Below are positions 9,236 through 19,474 of a stretch of 47,726 nucleotides of DNA, one piece after another. The notes below the pieces were generated by a model, which saw only the letters and a list, made by a program, of their open reading frames with translations, was not told the DNA's origin and made no database searches. The stretch lies in the sequence record OL362274.1; one strand, 5' to 3'. The position numbers and the translations under genes were made by a program. Source of the DNA: Escherichia phage HC6. Within the stretch, counting starts at the first letter, position 1; each line of letters opens with the position of its first letter.

Positions 9236-9714
9236 TATTTAATCTCTCCATTCAGCTCATTAACAATTAACGTTGCATAGCCAGCAATATCTTTCCAGCT
9301 GTCATCATAGGTCGGGTCGCCATTCAGAATGCGCCCAATCTTGTGCTGAATCATGTCGAGCGCCTCGCGTTGACTTGGTGTGAGATTGTGCCAGCCATCA
9401 ACTTCGCGCATCACACCTTTCAACTCCTGCATAATTTCAGCGCCGTCCTTGAATTTGCCGTATCGGCTACCGCGTTCGGTGATGAGGGCTTCTGTTGGGG
9501 ATGTAAACCACATTTCCGCGCCGACCTCCGTAACATTCACTGGCTCACGATGGGCGATAACAATATCGCCAGCCTTTTCGATATCCTTCTCTCGCCCCGC
9601 ATAATCCGCGCTGAGGTAGTATATTTTGCCACTGGTTGCTGATTTCACAACAAGAACAGCATCTTCATGACCATTAAAATAATCAGCACTCCCCTTCAGG
9701 TATTTGTATTTCAT
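9235..9714 (-). CDS. hypothetical protein with conserved-looking C-terminal domain
   Basis: 159 aa; C-terminal SRYGKF...LTPSQREALDMIQHKIGRILNGDPTYDDSWKDIAGYA looks like a conserved phage domain I cannot name. Confidence 0.6.
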   Translation of the reverse strand: MKYKYLKGSADYFNGHEDAVLVVKSATSGKIYYLSADYAGREKDIEKAGDIVIAHREPVNVTEVGAEMWFTSPTEALITERGSRYGKFKDGAEIMQELKGVMREVDGWHNLTPSQREALDMIQHKIGRILNGDPTYDDSWKDIAGYATLIVNELNGEIK

Positions 9715-9896
9715 CTCACCACCTCAAATTTAATTTTCACCACCTCATCAGTTGATGCGCCATTCTCAACAACCCATTTATAGGCATCAAACCGGTCTTC
9801 AAAGACAATCATTCTTGACGGGGTGTCATCACCATCCCCATTAACATAAGAGACCGGTGCACCTCTGTCGTTTATTACTGTCCATCTTTCCATCAC
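9711..9896 (-). CDS. hypothetical small protein
   Basis: 61 aa; overlaps neighbours by 4 nt. Confidence 0.45.
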   Translation of the reverse strand: MMERWTVINDRGAPVSYVNGDGDDTPSRMIVFEDRFDAYKWVVENGASTDEVVKIKFEVVR

Positions 9897-10093
9897 TCGC
9901 CTCTCAATGTAACCTTGTTGCTTTCGTCAACATTAAAATTAGCCCGAATCAAATCATACATCTCATCCTTTGGCATATCAGCCAGTGCCACATAGCAACG
10001 GGCAAAGTAGCGAACATCACGGAGTGTCAGTGGCTGACGCTTCTCCACAATGCTGGTGATAATGTCCATCGGCTCGCGTCGTGGTCTTGGCAT
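9893..10093 (-). CDS. hypothetical small protein
   Basis: 66 aa; first gene after divergent promoter region. Confidence 0.5.
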   Translation of the reverse strand: MPRPRREPMDIITSIVEKRQPLTLRDVRYFARCYVALADMPKDEMYDLIRANFNVDESNKVTLRGE

Positions 10094-10120
10094 ATTTACT
10101 ACTCCTTCTCGAAAAACATC

Positions 10121-10165
10121 TTGACGTTTCTACATCACTTAGTCAATACTTATTGACGTAGATTG
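10121..10165. promoter_or_regulatory. divergent promoter region with paired TCTACRYCA motifs
   Basis: TTGACGTTTCTACATCAC and inverted TTGACGTAGATTG between divergent genes 10093 and 10193. Confidence 0.4.
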
Positions 10166-10192
10166 TACCACAACGGAAAAGGTGATGTGGAA

Positions 10193-10390
10193 ATGCGATA
10201 CAAAGAAATAGCAGCGAGATATCAGAAGGAAGTTCGCGAGGTTATGGAAATCCTTAACGTTCGCGAGGATACCATTAAGTTTGTGGAAACTGCCATGTGC
10301 TCACTGGCGCTTGAAGCGGAGGTTGCAGGTCGTGAAAAGGCTGACGAACTTATATCTGCGGTGGTTTATAGTTCAACCAGTAACGGTTGA
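10193..10390 (+). CDS. hypothetical small protein
   Basis: 65 aa from ATG 10193 (MRYKEIAARYQ...); in frame with track ORF 10163. Confidence 0.5.
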   Translation: MRYKEIAARYQKEVREVMEILNVREDTIKFVETAMCSLALEAEVAGREKADELISAVVYSSTSNG

Positions 10391-10450
10391 AGATGAAGGT
10401 TATCTGTGCGTTGAGCACGTTGTTATCAAATTCTACTGGAGAAATTATAA

Positions 10451-10645
10451 ATGGCGCATGACGAGATGTACGAAAAGTCGTTAATCCAGCGACTGAATGA
10501 AGTTGAACGCACTCGCGAATGGCTGGAGTGCGAGTTGCGAGAGGTGCGAAACCGACTGCAACGCAAGCGCAGTCAGCAGAAAGACGTTATCGACTGGTCC
10601 GGTGATGCACCTAAATTTAACAACATTGGAGAATGGTTGAAATGA
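10451..10645 (+). CDS. hypothetical protein
   Basis: 64 aa, charged, helical-looking. Confidence 0.5.
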   Translation: MAHDEMYEKSLIQRLNEVERTREWLECELREVRNRLQRKRSQQKDVIDWSGDAPKFNNIGEWLK

Positions 10646-10893
10646 GCGCACCACACATGCCAGTGATGAATGAGAACGGATTGCTTGAGTGCCCATGCTG
10701 CGCGTCCAGTGAAATTTATCTGGTTAAAACAGTAGGTGGCTGGAGTTATGTTGAGTGCGACTCATGTTTGCTAAAAACAGAGCATGGTAAGTCACCGGAA
10801 TTGGCAATAAAGACATGGAATCGTCGCAACGGGCACCTCTACACCGCAGAAGACTTCAACCAGGCAGCAGAGGACCGTGATTATGGACTATAA
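10633..10893 (+). CDS. Lar-family restriction alleviation protein-like
   Basis: CPCC...SSEIY...CDSC...AIKTWNRR matches my recollection of the Lar zinc-ribbon pattern; start 10633 or 10642. Confidence 0.55.
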   Translation: MVEMSAPHMPVMNENGLLECPCCASSEIYLVKTVGGWSYVECDSCLLKTEHGKSPELAIKTWNRRNGHLYTAEDFNQAAEDRDYGL

Positions 10894-11371
10894 ATCACAA
10901 ATCATGCGCGTGATTATCAATCATCCTGGTGCAACGCGCGCATACATTGAAAAGCATTGCGGAGGGAAGCATTCAAGCACCACGACGCATCGTCTGCATG
11001 AGATGCTTGCGCTTGGCTTCATTCGTCGCGAGAAGTCAGTGATTCGTGGCGGCAAATGGCAATATAAATATTTCATCTCTGATGATGCGGCTGGTATTGA
11101 TGATGCGATTAAGTGCCATTTACTTGATAACTCTGGCGCAGAGGTGAAAGAAATTAGCGCAGCCACTGGCATTGATTACCGAATCGTGAAAAGCCGCATC
11201 CGCATTATGTTTCATAACGGTGATGTGACGCGAAGCTATGACCACCACAAGAAGCTATGGCGCTATTCATGGCGTGAGCAGGAAGTTAACGTCAGCAACC
11301 TGTTCAATTCACTTCTTCGCAACGCAAGAGGTCAGCATGGGAAAAGCAAAACGCAAGAAGCAAGAGTATGA
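10883..11371 (+). CDS. putative DNA-binding protein (tandem winged-helix-like)
   Basis: 162 aa from ATG 10883; two HTH-like segments; inference only. Confidence 0.5.
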   Translation: MDYKSQIMRVIINHPGATRAYIEKHCGGKHSSTTTHRLHEMLALGFIRREKSVIRGGKWQYKYFISDDAAGIDDAIKCHLLDNSGAEVKEISAATGIDYRIVKSRIRIMFHNGDVTRSYDHHKKLWRYSWREQEVNVSNLFNSLLRNARGQHGKSKTQEARV

Positions 11372-11495
11372 ACCATTACCGCCATGCGAAATGTCGGGAA
11401 TTCCGCAGCAGGAGGATGTATTCTCACCGAATCTGAGTGGCGCAAGGTGGCAAGGGTACAAATTATGTTCCGCAAACTCGCTGAGGACGTACTAA
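11337..11495 (+). CDS. hypothetical small protein
   Basis: 52 aa (MGKAKRKKQEYEPLPPCEMS...) between neighbours; weak. Confidence 0.3.
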   Translation: MGKAKRKKQEYEPLPPCEMSGIPQQEDVFSPNLSGARWQGYKLCSANSLRTY

Positions 11496-11855
11496 ATGAG
11501 ATGGGCTATTAAGCATAAATCTGGCAGGACTCTATTTGTAACATCAGATGAATTTATTGCCAATAACCGTGGAAAGATGGGCTGGATAGTGGAGGAAGTG
11601 AAGATGACGAGCAGAGAGCAGTTTAATAAATGGTTTTATGAATACACCGGGTGCGACCCAAAGGATAGCAGATATGTGAATATGGTCGAGATGTATTGGA
11701 TGGCGTGGCAGGCATCGCGCGCAGCAATTGAAGTTGCAACGCCGTGGCTATGCGGAGATGGTGATAACGATAACGAATGGACTGAAGGCTATAACGATGG
11801 CGTCATGGCGACAGAGAAAGCAATTATCAGTGCAGGCTTAAAGGTGAAAAAATGA
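11496..11855 (+). CDS. hypothetical protein
   Basis: 119 aa track ORF. Confidence 0.55.
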   Translation: MRWAIKHKSGRTLFVTSDEFIANNRGKMGWIVEEVKMTSREQFNKWFYEYTGCDPKDSRYVNMVEMYWMAWQASRAAIEVATPWLCGDGDNDNEWTEGYNDGVMATEKAIISAGLKVKK

Positions 11856-12181
11856 TTATCCAACTAAACGACATTATGAAAGCAGACATCATTCAGCTTG
11901 AAGATTATGACGTGCAACTGGCATTTGAAATTGAAACCGTTGAGCGTCAACTGCAATATGCAGATAAGAAGAGTGATCGTATCTGGCACGAGAAAGCACT
12001 TAAGGCACGCGACCACATGAAACGCACACGAGCACTCATTAAAACCCGACTGGATAAGTTGTATTTTGGCGAAGAAAGAATGATTCACGGGGCGATACTG
12101 GCGCAAATCCGTAAGGAAATGCCAATTGGCAAGTTTATGTCATACGTCCACTGGGCGAAGCAGGAGGCTGGATTGGTATGA
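11852..12181 (+). CDS. hypothetical protein
   Basis: 109 aa track ORF; ATGA overlap with upstream gene. Confidence 0.55.
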   Translation: MIIQLNDIMKADIIQLEDYDVQLAFEIETVERQLQYADKKSDRIWHEKALKARDHMKRTRALIKTRLDKLYFGEERMIHGAILAQIRKEMPIGKFMSYVHWAKQEAGLV

Positions 12182-12363
12182 TGCGCATGTATCAGTGCTA
12201 CAGGTGTGGTGAGTCAAAGGATTGGTATAGATTTAATCCTGGTCAAAAATATTGGACCAGAAAGTGTATTCGTTGTGAGCAATCACCAGTTGGTTCAATG
12301 CCGATTAGGGAAGATTCATCTCACGTGTTTCATAGTCGAAAGATAATGAGGGTATGCAAATGA
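12178..12363 (+). CDS. small zinc-ribbon protein
   Basis: 61 aa with CYRCG...CIRCE two CxxC pairs. Confidence 0.5.
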   Translation: MMRMYQCYRCGESKDWYRFNPGQKYWTRKCIRCEQSPVGSMPIREDSSHVFHSRKIMRVCK

Positions 12364-12506
12364 TTCCATTGCTGTGGATATTATCAGCCTACGCATTCGC
12401 GAGAGTATTTGAGGCTGACACTCTGTACCAGATGATTTGCTATGGCTCTCTGTTCTGTCTTTCAGGTGCTGCACTTGCATTTATGGATGATGTGATTTCA
12501 GACTAA
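12360..12506 (+). CDS. small membrane protein
   Basis: 48 aa hydrophobic; ATGA overlap with upstream stop; below track cutoff. Confidence 0.35.
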   Translation: MIPLLWILSAYAFARVFEADTLYQMICYGSLFCLSGAALAFMDDVISD

Positions 12507-12561
12507 CTCCGTATATCTTTTGTTCATCATGGGTTGCTATCATTTAATCAGGAGGTAGCCC

Positions 12562-12684
12562 ATGAACATAATCCCTATCACTTACTTTCTCACGCTATAC
12601 GCGCTCACCAATTCGCCATTGTTTGCACTGGCTACCGCCTCATGGTGGTATATCTCCCTGTGTTATAATTCGACCACAAACTAA
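12562..12684 (+). CDS. small hydrophobic peptide
   Basis: 40 aa; strong AGGAGGT RBS 5 nt upstream of ATG. Confidence 0.3.
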   Translation: MNIIPITYFLTLYALTNSPLFALATASWWYISLCYNSTTN

Positions 12685-12700
12685 CCGTGGAGAGTTAACC

Positions 12701-14583
<1,883 letters not shown>

Positions 14584-14585
14584 TA

Positions 14586-15656
14586 ATGGAAAAGATTATC
14601 TTTACCAAAGATTTGGTAGCCAACTCCGCAGTAGTGGCTGACCAGTGGAAACATCTCACCATCGACCGCAAGGTGTTCTGCAATGCAGAAGCTGAGCTGG
14701 CGAAAACTTACGGTGTTAACGCCACCGCACTGGTAACAAAAGATTACTGGCGCGACGTGGACAACGTCACCACCCGTGTTTTCCGCAACGAAGCTGGTCA
14801 GGACATGATGGCTGACCTGATGGGTATCGCGGCAAACATCAATATCGGTAAGACCGTGGCAATCAGCCGCATTGCTTCCGATGCTGGTAAGGTCGTCCGC
14901 ACTCTGTCTGGTCAGGAGCCGGAGGATTTGGATAAAACTCGCTACGATTACACTGGCGATGTGATTCCAATCTTCAAGACTGGCTACAGCCGCGAATGGC
15001 GCGAACTGCTGGGTATGCAGTCTGAAGGTTTTGACCCACTGCTGGACGATCAGGCTAACGTTACCTTCAACCTGCGTTCCGACATGGCGCAGTACCTGCT
15101 GACTGGCGACCAGACTCTGAACGTGAATGGCGTTTACACTGGCTACGGTATCACCAACCACCCGAACACTGTTCAGGTTAACCTGAAAGCTTCCGGCGGC
15201 CTGAATATCGACCTGCAAACCGCAACGCCAGACGAAATCGTGACCTTCTTTAATCAGGATTTCCAGGCCATTCTGGATGCGCAGAACGTATTTGAGCAGG
15301 TGACTCTGTGGGTTTCCCCGGCAGTACGTCGCAGCTTCATGCGTCCGTATTCTAATGCAGCAGGCTTCAAAGGCGGCACGGTTGAGCAGTACATCACGCA
15401 GTTCGGCAACGGTCGCATCGGCAAGATTGGTACCAACTTCCTGCTGACTGGCAACCATTTCGTTGGCTACGTTCGCAACGACATGTACATCCGTCCGCGT
15501 GTTGCTCAGCCTGTCTCCACCTATGCGGCGGCACGTGTCAACCCGCACGATAACTTCAACTTCCTCGTGTGGTCGGCTTTTGGTCTGCAAATTCGCAAGG
15601 ATGCCACTGGTAAATCCAGAGTATTCAACGGCTACGGCACGCAAACTCCGGTGTAA
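14586..15656 (+). CDS. major capsid protein
   Basis: 356 aa; GGAGAG RBS; strong terminator downstream; highly-expressed-gene codon choice; position in head module. Confidence 0.8.
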   Translation: MEKIIFTKDLVANSAVVADQWKHLTIDRKVFCNAEAELAKTYGVNATALVTKDYWRDVDNVTTRVFRNEAGQDMMADLMGIAANINIGKTVAISRIASDAGKVVRTLSGQEPEDLDKTRYDYTGDVIPIFKTGYSREWRELLGMQSEGFDPLLDDQANVTFNLRSDMAQYLLTGDQTLNVNGVYTGYGITNHPNTVQVNLKASGGLNIDLQTATPDEIVTFFNQDFQAILDAQNVFEQVTLWVSPAVRRSFMRPYSNAAGFKGGTVEQYITQFGNGRIGKIGTNFLLTGNHFVGYVRNDMYIRPRVAQPVSTYAAARVNPHDNFNFLVWSAFGLQIRKDATGKSRVFNGYGTQTPV

Positions 15657-15657
15657 T

Positions 15658-15686
15658 AAAAAGGGGCGAAAGCCCCTTTGTGAATT
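15658..15686 (+). terminator. rho-independent terminator
   Basis: AGGGGC-gaaa-GCCCCT then TTGTGAATTT. Confidence 0.6.
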
Positions 15687-15697
15687 TGAGTTGAATA

Positions 15698-15895
15698 ATG
15701 GCTAAGTACGAAGTGATCGCTCGCGGAATCTTTGTAAAAGAGAAAGGCAAGATTCGTGAATTGCAGCTTGGTGAGGTGATTACCGAACCAGACGAGCATC
15801 TACTGCCAAAACTGCGCATCATGCCAGAGCTGGAAAAGTCTTTCGAAGTCGCAACCCCACAACAAAAGACGACAAAGAAAAAGAAAGCAGAGTAA
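15698..15895 (+). CDS. hypothetical small protein
   Basis: 65 aa with Lys-rich C-terminus. Confidence 0.5.
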   Translation: MAKYEVIARGIFVKEKGKIRELQLGEVITEPDEHLLPKLRIMPELEKSFEVATPQQKTTKKKKAE

Positions 15896-15900
15896 ACTGA

Positions 15901-15926
15901 ACCCGCATAATGCGGGTTTTTTATTG
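15901..15926 (+). terminator. rho-independent terminator
   Basis: ACCCGCA-taa-TGCGGGT then TTTTTTATT. Confidence 0.6.
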
Positions 15927-15936
15927 GGGGGTTATC

Positions 15937-16755
15937 ATGGCTGTCAGGTACGAAATAAACACAACTCCGGATGACGGGGAGGTTTTGCTTAGCGAAACCA
16001 TGTCAGCAGACTGGACTGCATTGCAGGTACAGATTGTGCCATTAAACTCTTCCGGCGGTTACGAGCCATTAACAAGCGGCTCTGTTTCCGTAATGGTATC
16101 TCCGTTCGCGTCTGGTGATTTCTGGATTGACGTCAACAATAATAATTATTATGGCGTGGCGCTGCGACTGAAAGTGATCAAGTCCCAAATGCCTGTTGGC
16201 ATTGCATCTCTGAAAGTCCTGGTATGGCGAGCTGCTACATCAGTGCCATCAAGTCAGGTTGTGGCGCAGTCCTACGCCGAACTTGCCAACAAGCAAGGTA
16301 AGTTATTCACCGCATCGCGTCGCGTGACTGGCGTTGCTGGCGGGGCTAACCTTGACAGCATTTTTATTACCGGTTCAAAGCAGGTCGTGTTTAATCAACG
16401 CATCATCGGATACACTGGCAAAGGTGTTGTAGCGTCAATCTACCGTGGGGCTGTGGTCACTGGAGGCACTGCCGCGGAGATTAATAATCCCAACGACATA
16501 ACGCCTCAGGCAGCTACGGCGCAGTTACTTACTGGTGCTACCGTGACAAACATTGGACAGCTGACGGTGGCAGCAACATACAGTGAGGGTAACGCATCGA
16601 ATCAGGGTCAGGGTAACTCGCAGGCGAAACTCGGCGAGCAGATTATCATGGCACCAAATACGACGTATTTGCTTCGCATAACATCACTGGACACTGCGGT
16701 GCAAAATATCAATGCATATGTGTCATGGTTTGAGGATGATACTTATCTGGCGTGA
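15937..16755 (+). CDS. putative virion structural protein
   Basis: 272 aa from ATG 15937; Gly/Thr/Val-rich beta-like composition; track start 15910 lies inside terminator. Confidence 0.45.
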   Translation: MAVRYEINTTPDDGEVLLSETMSADWTALQVQIVPLNSSGGYEPLTSGSVSVMVSPFASGDFWIDVNNNNYYGVALRLKVIKSQMPVGIASLKVLVWRAATSVPSSQVVAQSYAELANKQGKLFTASRRVTGVAGGANLDSIFITGSKQVVFNQRIIGYTGKGVVASIYRGAVVTGGTAAEINNPNDITPQAATAQLLTGATVTNIGQLTVAATYSEGNASNQGQGNSQAKLGEQIIMAPNTTYLLRITSLDTAVQNINAYVSWFEDDTYLA

Positions 16756-16761
16756 TAAAAC

Positions 16762-16784
16762 AAAGCCCCGTGAAGGGGCTTTGA
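16762..16784. terminator. bidirectional rho-independent terminator
   Basis: AAAGCCCC-gtgaa-GGGGCTTT between convergent genes. Confidence 0.6.
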
Positions 16785-16787
16785 TTG

Positions 16788-17327
16788 CTACAGACGCATA
16801 GGCATAACAACAATCTTCGCAGTCTCGCCAGATGGCGCACTAAGACAGCAAACTGCGGCATTTGTATTTCCATTCAGTTCAAATTTGACACAACAGAATT
16901 TAGGATTAAACAGCTTCGCCACTTTCTCAATATCAACAAGGTATCCAGCATTGAAGCCTATTTCCTCTGCTGCTTTCGTTTCCCTTGGTATAACGTGATC
17001 AATATCAGGGAATCGACCATCAATCTCTTCGCAGATACCAGCACCAACCATTGTGTCCATATGGCCGAAATGATAAGTAACGATTCCAGATTTTGTATCG
17101 ATGATCGCATGGTTATATTTCTTTTTCGGAGACTTGCTCACCTTTACAATCACACTTTCTGTCAGCTTATTGTCATGGCTGCCGCCAATAAATGCGCGAC
17201 GACCGTCAGTTGAGGCAATACGACCATCAGGCATGAAGCAGATGCCATTCAGGTAATACCGCACATCATTGCGAGCCTGAAATATTAATGCTGATTCAAG
17301 TAATAGTTTGCTTATTTTTAGTTTCAT
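16788..17327 (-). CDS. truncated DNA polymerase III beta sliding clamp (DnaN)-like protein
   Basis: 179 aa; DVRYYLNG, STDGRRA, DGRFPD, EIGFN and C-terminal VVMPMRL match E. coli DnaN domains II-III as I recall them; no domain I. Confidence 0.7.
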   Translation of the reverse strand: MKLKISKLLLESALIFQARNDVRYYLNGICFMPDGRIASTDGRRAFIGGSHDNKLTESVIVKVSKSPKKKYNHAIIDTKSGIVTYHFGHMDTMVGAGICEEIDGRFPDIDHVIPRETKAAEEIGFNAGYLVDIEKVAKLFNPKFCCVKFELNGNTNAAVCCLSAPSGETAKIVVMPMRL

Positions 17328-17500
17328 TTGATCACCTCAAATTTATATTTAGGCTCAGGCCATGTCGCGGTTCCGTCTTCCCATCGGACATATACTGGTT
17401 GAATTTTGTCCTCAATATCTACCTTCTCAACTACGCAAGGTAGCGGGTCATATTCTGGAATGATTATCTTATCTCCAACTTTTAAATCAGTTAATTCCAT
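17324..17500 (-). CDS. hypothetical small protein
   Basis: 58 aa (MELTDLKVGDKIIIPEYDPL...); ATGA overlaps at both ends; below track cutoff. Confidence 0.4.
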   Translation of the reverse strand: MELTDLKVGDKIIIPEYDPLPCVVEKVDIEDKIQPVYVRWEDGTATWPEPKYKFEVIK

Positions 17501-17673
17501 CACTTCACCTTAATCATGTGTTGTTTTGCAACCTTCAGGCATTCTTCAAAAATGCCGCCATTCTTAGCGCTCTGATTGCGCTTGTAATACTGAATTGCCA
17601 CATCAATTGCCATCTGGTCGATGTCAGGCAACTTGGTGCGAAGTTGTTTTTCAATGAATTGTTCTGGTGTCAT
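17500..17673 (-). CDS. hypothetical small protein
   Basis: 57 aa (MTPEQFIEKQLRTKLPDIDQ...); TAATG overlap with methyltransferase stop. Confidence 0.4.
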   Translation of the reverse strand: MTPEQFIEKQLRTKLPDIDQMAIDVAIQYYKRNQSAKNGGIFEECLKVAKQHMIKVK

Positions 17674-18473
17674 TAAACGGACCTCATGAATGCTTTAATG
17701 AATTCTTCTGCGACTTGTGGAACTATGGCATTACCATAACCGCGCAATCGTCCCACTCTTGCGGATACCCCATGAGTTGCCTCGCAAAATCCGCCTGGTA
17801 TGACTCTAGTTTCCTTATCTGCTCCATGGTTGGGTTTCCATGAATCCCATAAACATGAAGCCACATCTGGCGATAAAGAGTATCGTTCCTGAATTTCCCG
17901 TCCTTTCTGTAAAATGACTTGCTGAGATTCCCGTAATCCTTCCATCCTCGCGCCGTTGGTGTCGCCCATCCTCGCGCCAAAGATGATTCTTTTCCTTTCC
18001 TGTGGAGAGCCGACGCTGCAAGCTGGCAATACTGACGCCCCGCAGGCGTAGCCTTTGTCTTCCAGGTTAAGGAATACAAAATCGAGCCAGTGCTTCCCAA
18101 TTGCTGCTGCAACCTGCTCTCCAAACAGCAATTCAGGCTTGCACTCTCTGATGAGCCTGAGAAATGCTGGGGCAAGGTGTCGATCGTCGTCAAATCCGAG
18201 AGACTTACCGGCAACGCTAAACGGCTGGCAAGGTGGTGATCCTGTCCAGAGTCGAGTGCTTTCTGGTATTCCTGCCAGCTGGAGTGCAAGGGGCCACCCT
18301 CCGATTCCGGCAAAGAAGTGACACTGTGTAAATCCTTCCAGGTCTGAAGGGGTGACTTCGGTGATTGATCGTTCATCGACATATCCGTAAGGAATTAGTT
18401 TATTGTTAATTAATTCACGCAGCCATGCCGCTGCGCCCTTGTCCCACTCATTGTAATAGTGGACCATCATCAC
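17673..18473 (-). CDS. DNA (cytosine-5)-methyltransferase, compact
   Basis: 266 aa; FFAGIGG (motif I), PPCQPFS (motif IV), GEQV (motif VI), QERKR (motif VIII), GNAIV (motif X); little room for a target-recognition domain. Confidence 0.75.
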   Translation of the reverse strand: MMMVHYYNEWDKGAAAWLRELINNKLIPYGYVDERSITEVTPSDLEGFTQCHFFAGIGGWPLALQLAGIPESTRLWTGSPPCQPFSVAGKSLGFDDDRHLAPAFLRLIRECKPELLFGEQVAAAIGKHWLDFVFLNLEDKGYACGASVLPACSVGSPQERKRIIFGARMGDTNGARMEGLRESQQVILQKGREIQERYSLSPDVASCLWDSWKPNHGADKETRVIPGGFCEATHGVSARVGRLRGYGNAIVPQVAEEFIKAFMRSV

Positions 18474-19279
18474 ATCTTCTCCAGAATTGCCATCACCTCG
18501 TGAATATCAGCAACAGGAATCTTGATAAACTCCTCATTCTCTGCCACTACATGACCAGCAAGAAGAATAACGTGGTCAGCTGGCTTCAGTAACTCAATCA
18601 GTCGGTCTACTGGCTTAATCTTTTTCGACTTAAGCACCTTCGCCGTTACCTTATCCTTGCCTTGCGCCTTCGCTTCTTCGACTGCCTCGTCGATAACTTT
18701 AACCGCATCATCGCCATGTTCGCGAGTTACTGCTACGGCATTTGCATAGCTGATTTGCCCTGCACTGATTCGCGCTTTTACTTCGGCTGGCACATCACCC
18801 AGTGACAGGTGCATCTGCACGTCAGATACTGAACGGCCGACCTTTTTGGCGATTTCCTCATTGGTCCAGCCAAAGCCTTTCAGTCGCGTGTAAGCCTTTG
18901 CGCGCTCAAATGGGTCAAGCTGCTTACCCTGACTGGATGACACCATGAAGGCAATTTTATCGGCCTCATCGCCAGTGAAATCCTTACACTCAATACGAAC
19001 GATTGGTGCGCCGCGCTCAATGGCACGCAATGCGCCTAGATAGCGATGCTGACCATCAAGAATGCGGATTCCCTTCTCATCAGGAATAACTGTTAATGCT
19101 GGTAATGGCTGACCTGATTCCCAGCACTGCGCGAAATACTCCACATGCTGCTCGTCTGCTTCGCGGATGTTGTATCCCGGCTCCAGATAGATTTGCTCCA
19201 CTGGCACGAGATAGGTTTTGTTAACAGCGATTCCGTTGCGCGTTTCTTTGTCTGAATAGATTTTGCTAAGTGTTTTCAT
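18470..19279 (-). CDS. ParB-like nuclease domain protein
   Basis: 269 aa from ATG 19279; ILDGQHRY ParB/sulfiredoxin-type motif plus HTH-like EIAKKVGRSVSDV. Confidence 0.7.
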   Translation of the reverse strand: MKTLSKIYSDKETRNGIAVNKTYLVPVEQIYLEPGYNIREADEQHVEYFAQCWESGQPLPALTVIPDEKGIRILDGQHRYLGALRAIERGAPIVRIECKDFTGDEADKIAFMVSSSQGKQLDPFERAKAYTRLKGFGWTNEEIAKKVGRSVSDVQMHLSLGDVPAEVKARISAGQISYANAVAVTREHGDDAVKVIDEAVEEAKAQGKDKVTAKVLKSKKIKPVDRLIELLKPADHVILLAGHVVAENEEFIKIPVADIHEVMAILEKM

Positions 19280-19280
19280 A

Positions 19281-19472
19281 TCATTCACCACTTTCTTCCA
19301 ATAATTGCTCGTAATATGCGACGTACTCATTAGCAAGATGGTACAGGCGCTCAGCAGACTTGCGTTCTGCATTACTTAAGTCACCAATAGACTCAATGTT
19401 GCCAATTGCATCAACACAATCATTGAAGTCTTGCTCTGTATTACGAAATCGACAGTAGGACATGTTTGCCAT
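19281..19472 (-). CDS. hypothetical small protein
   Basis: 63 aa, acidic. Confidence 0.5.
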   Translation of the reverse strand: MANMSYCRFRNTEQDFNDCVDAIGNIESIGDLSNAERKSAERLYHLANEYVAYYEQLLEESGE

Positions 19473-19474
19473 GA

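Noticed and set aside
10281-10484. 67-aa ORF overlapping genes at 10193..10390 and 10451..10645 in another frame
   Set aside because: Overlaps two better-supported ORFs; no independent RBS or start context.
17723-18382. 219-aa minus-strand ORF in another frame within the methyltransferase gene
   Set aside because: The methyltransferase frame carries ordered catalytic motifs; the alternative frame has none and is Ser/Leu/Arg-rich.
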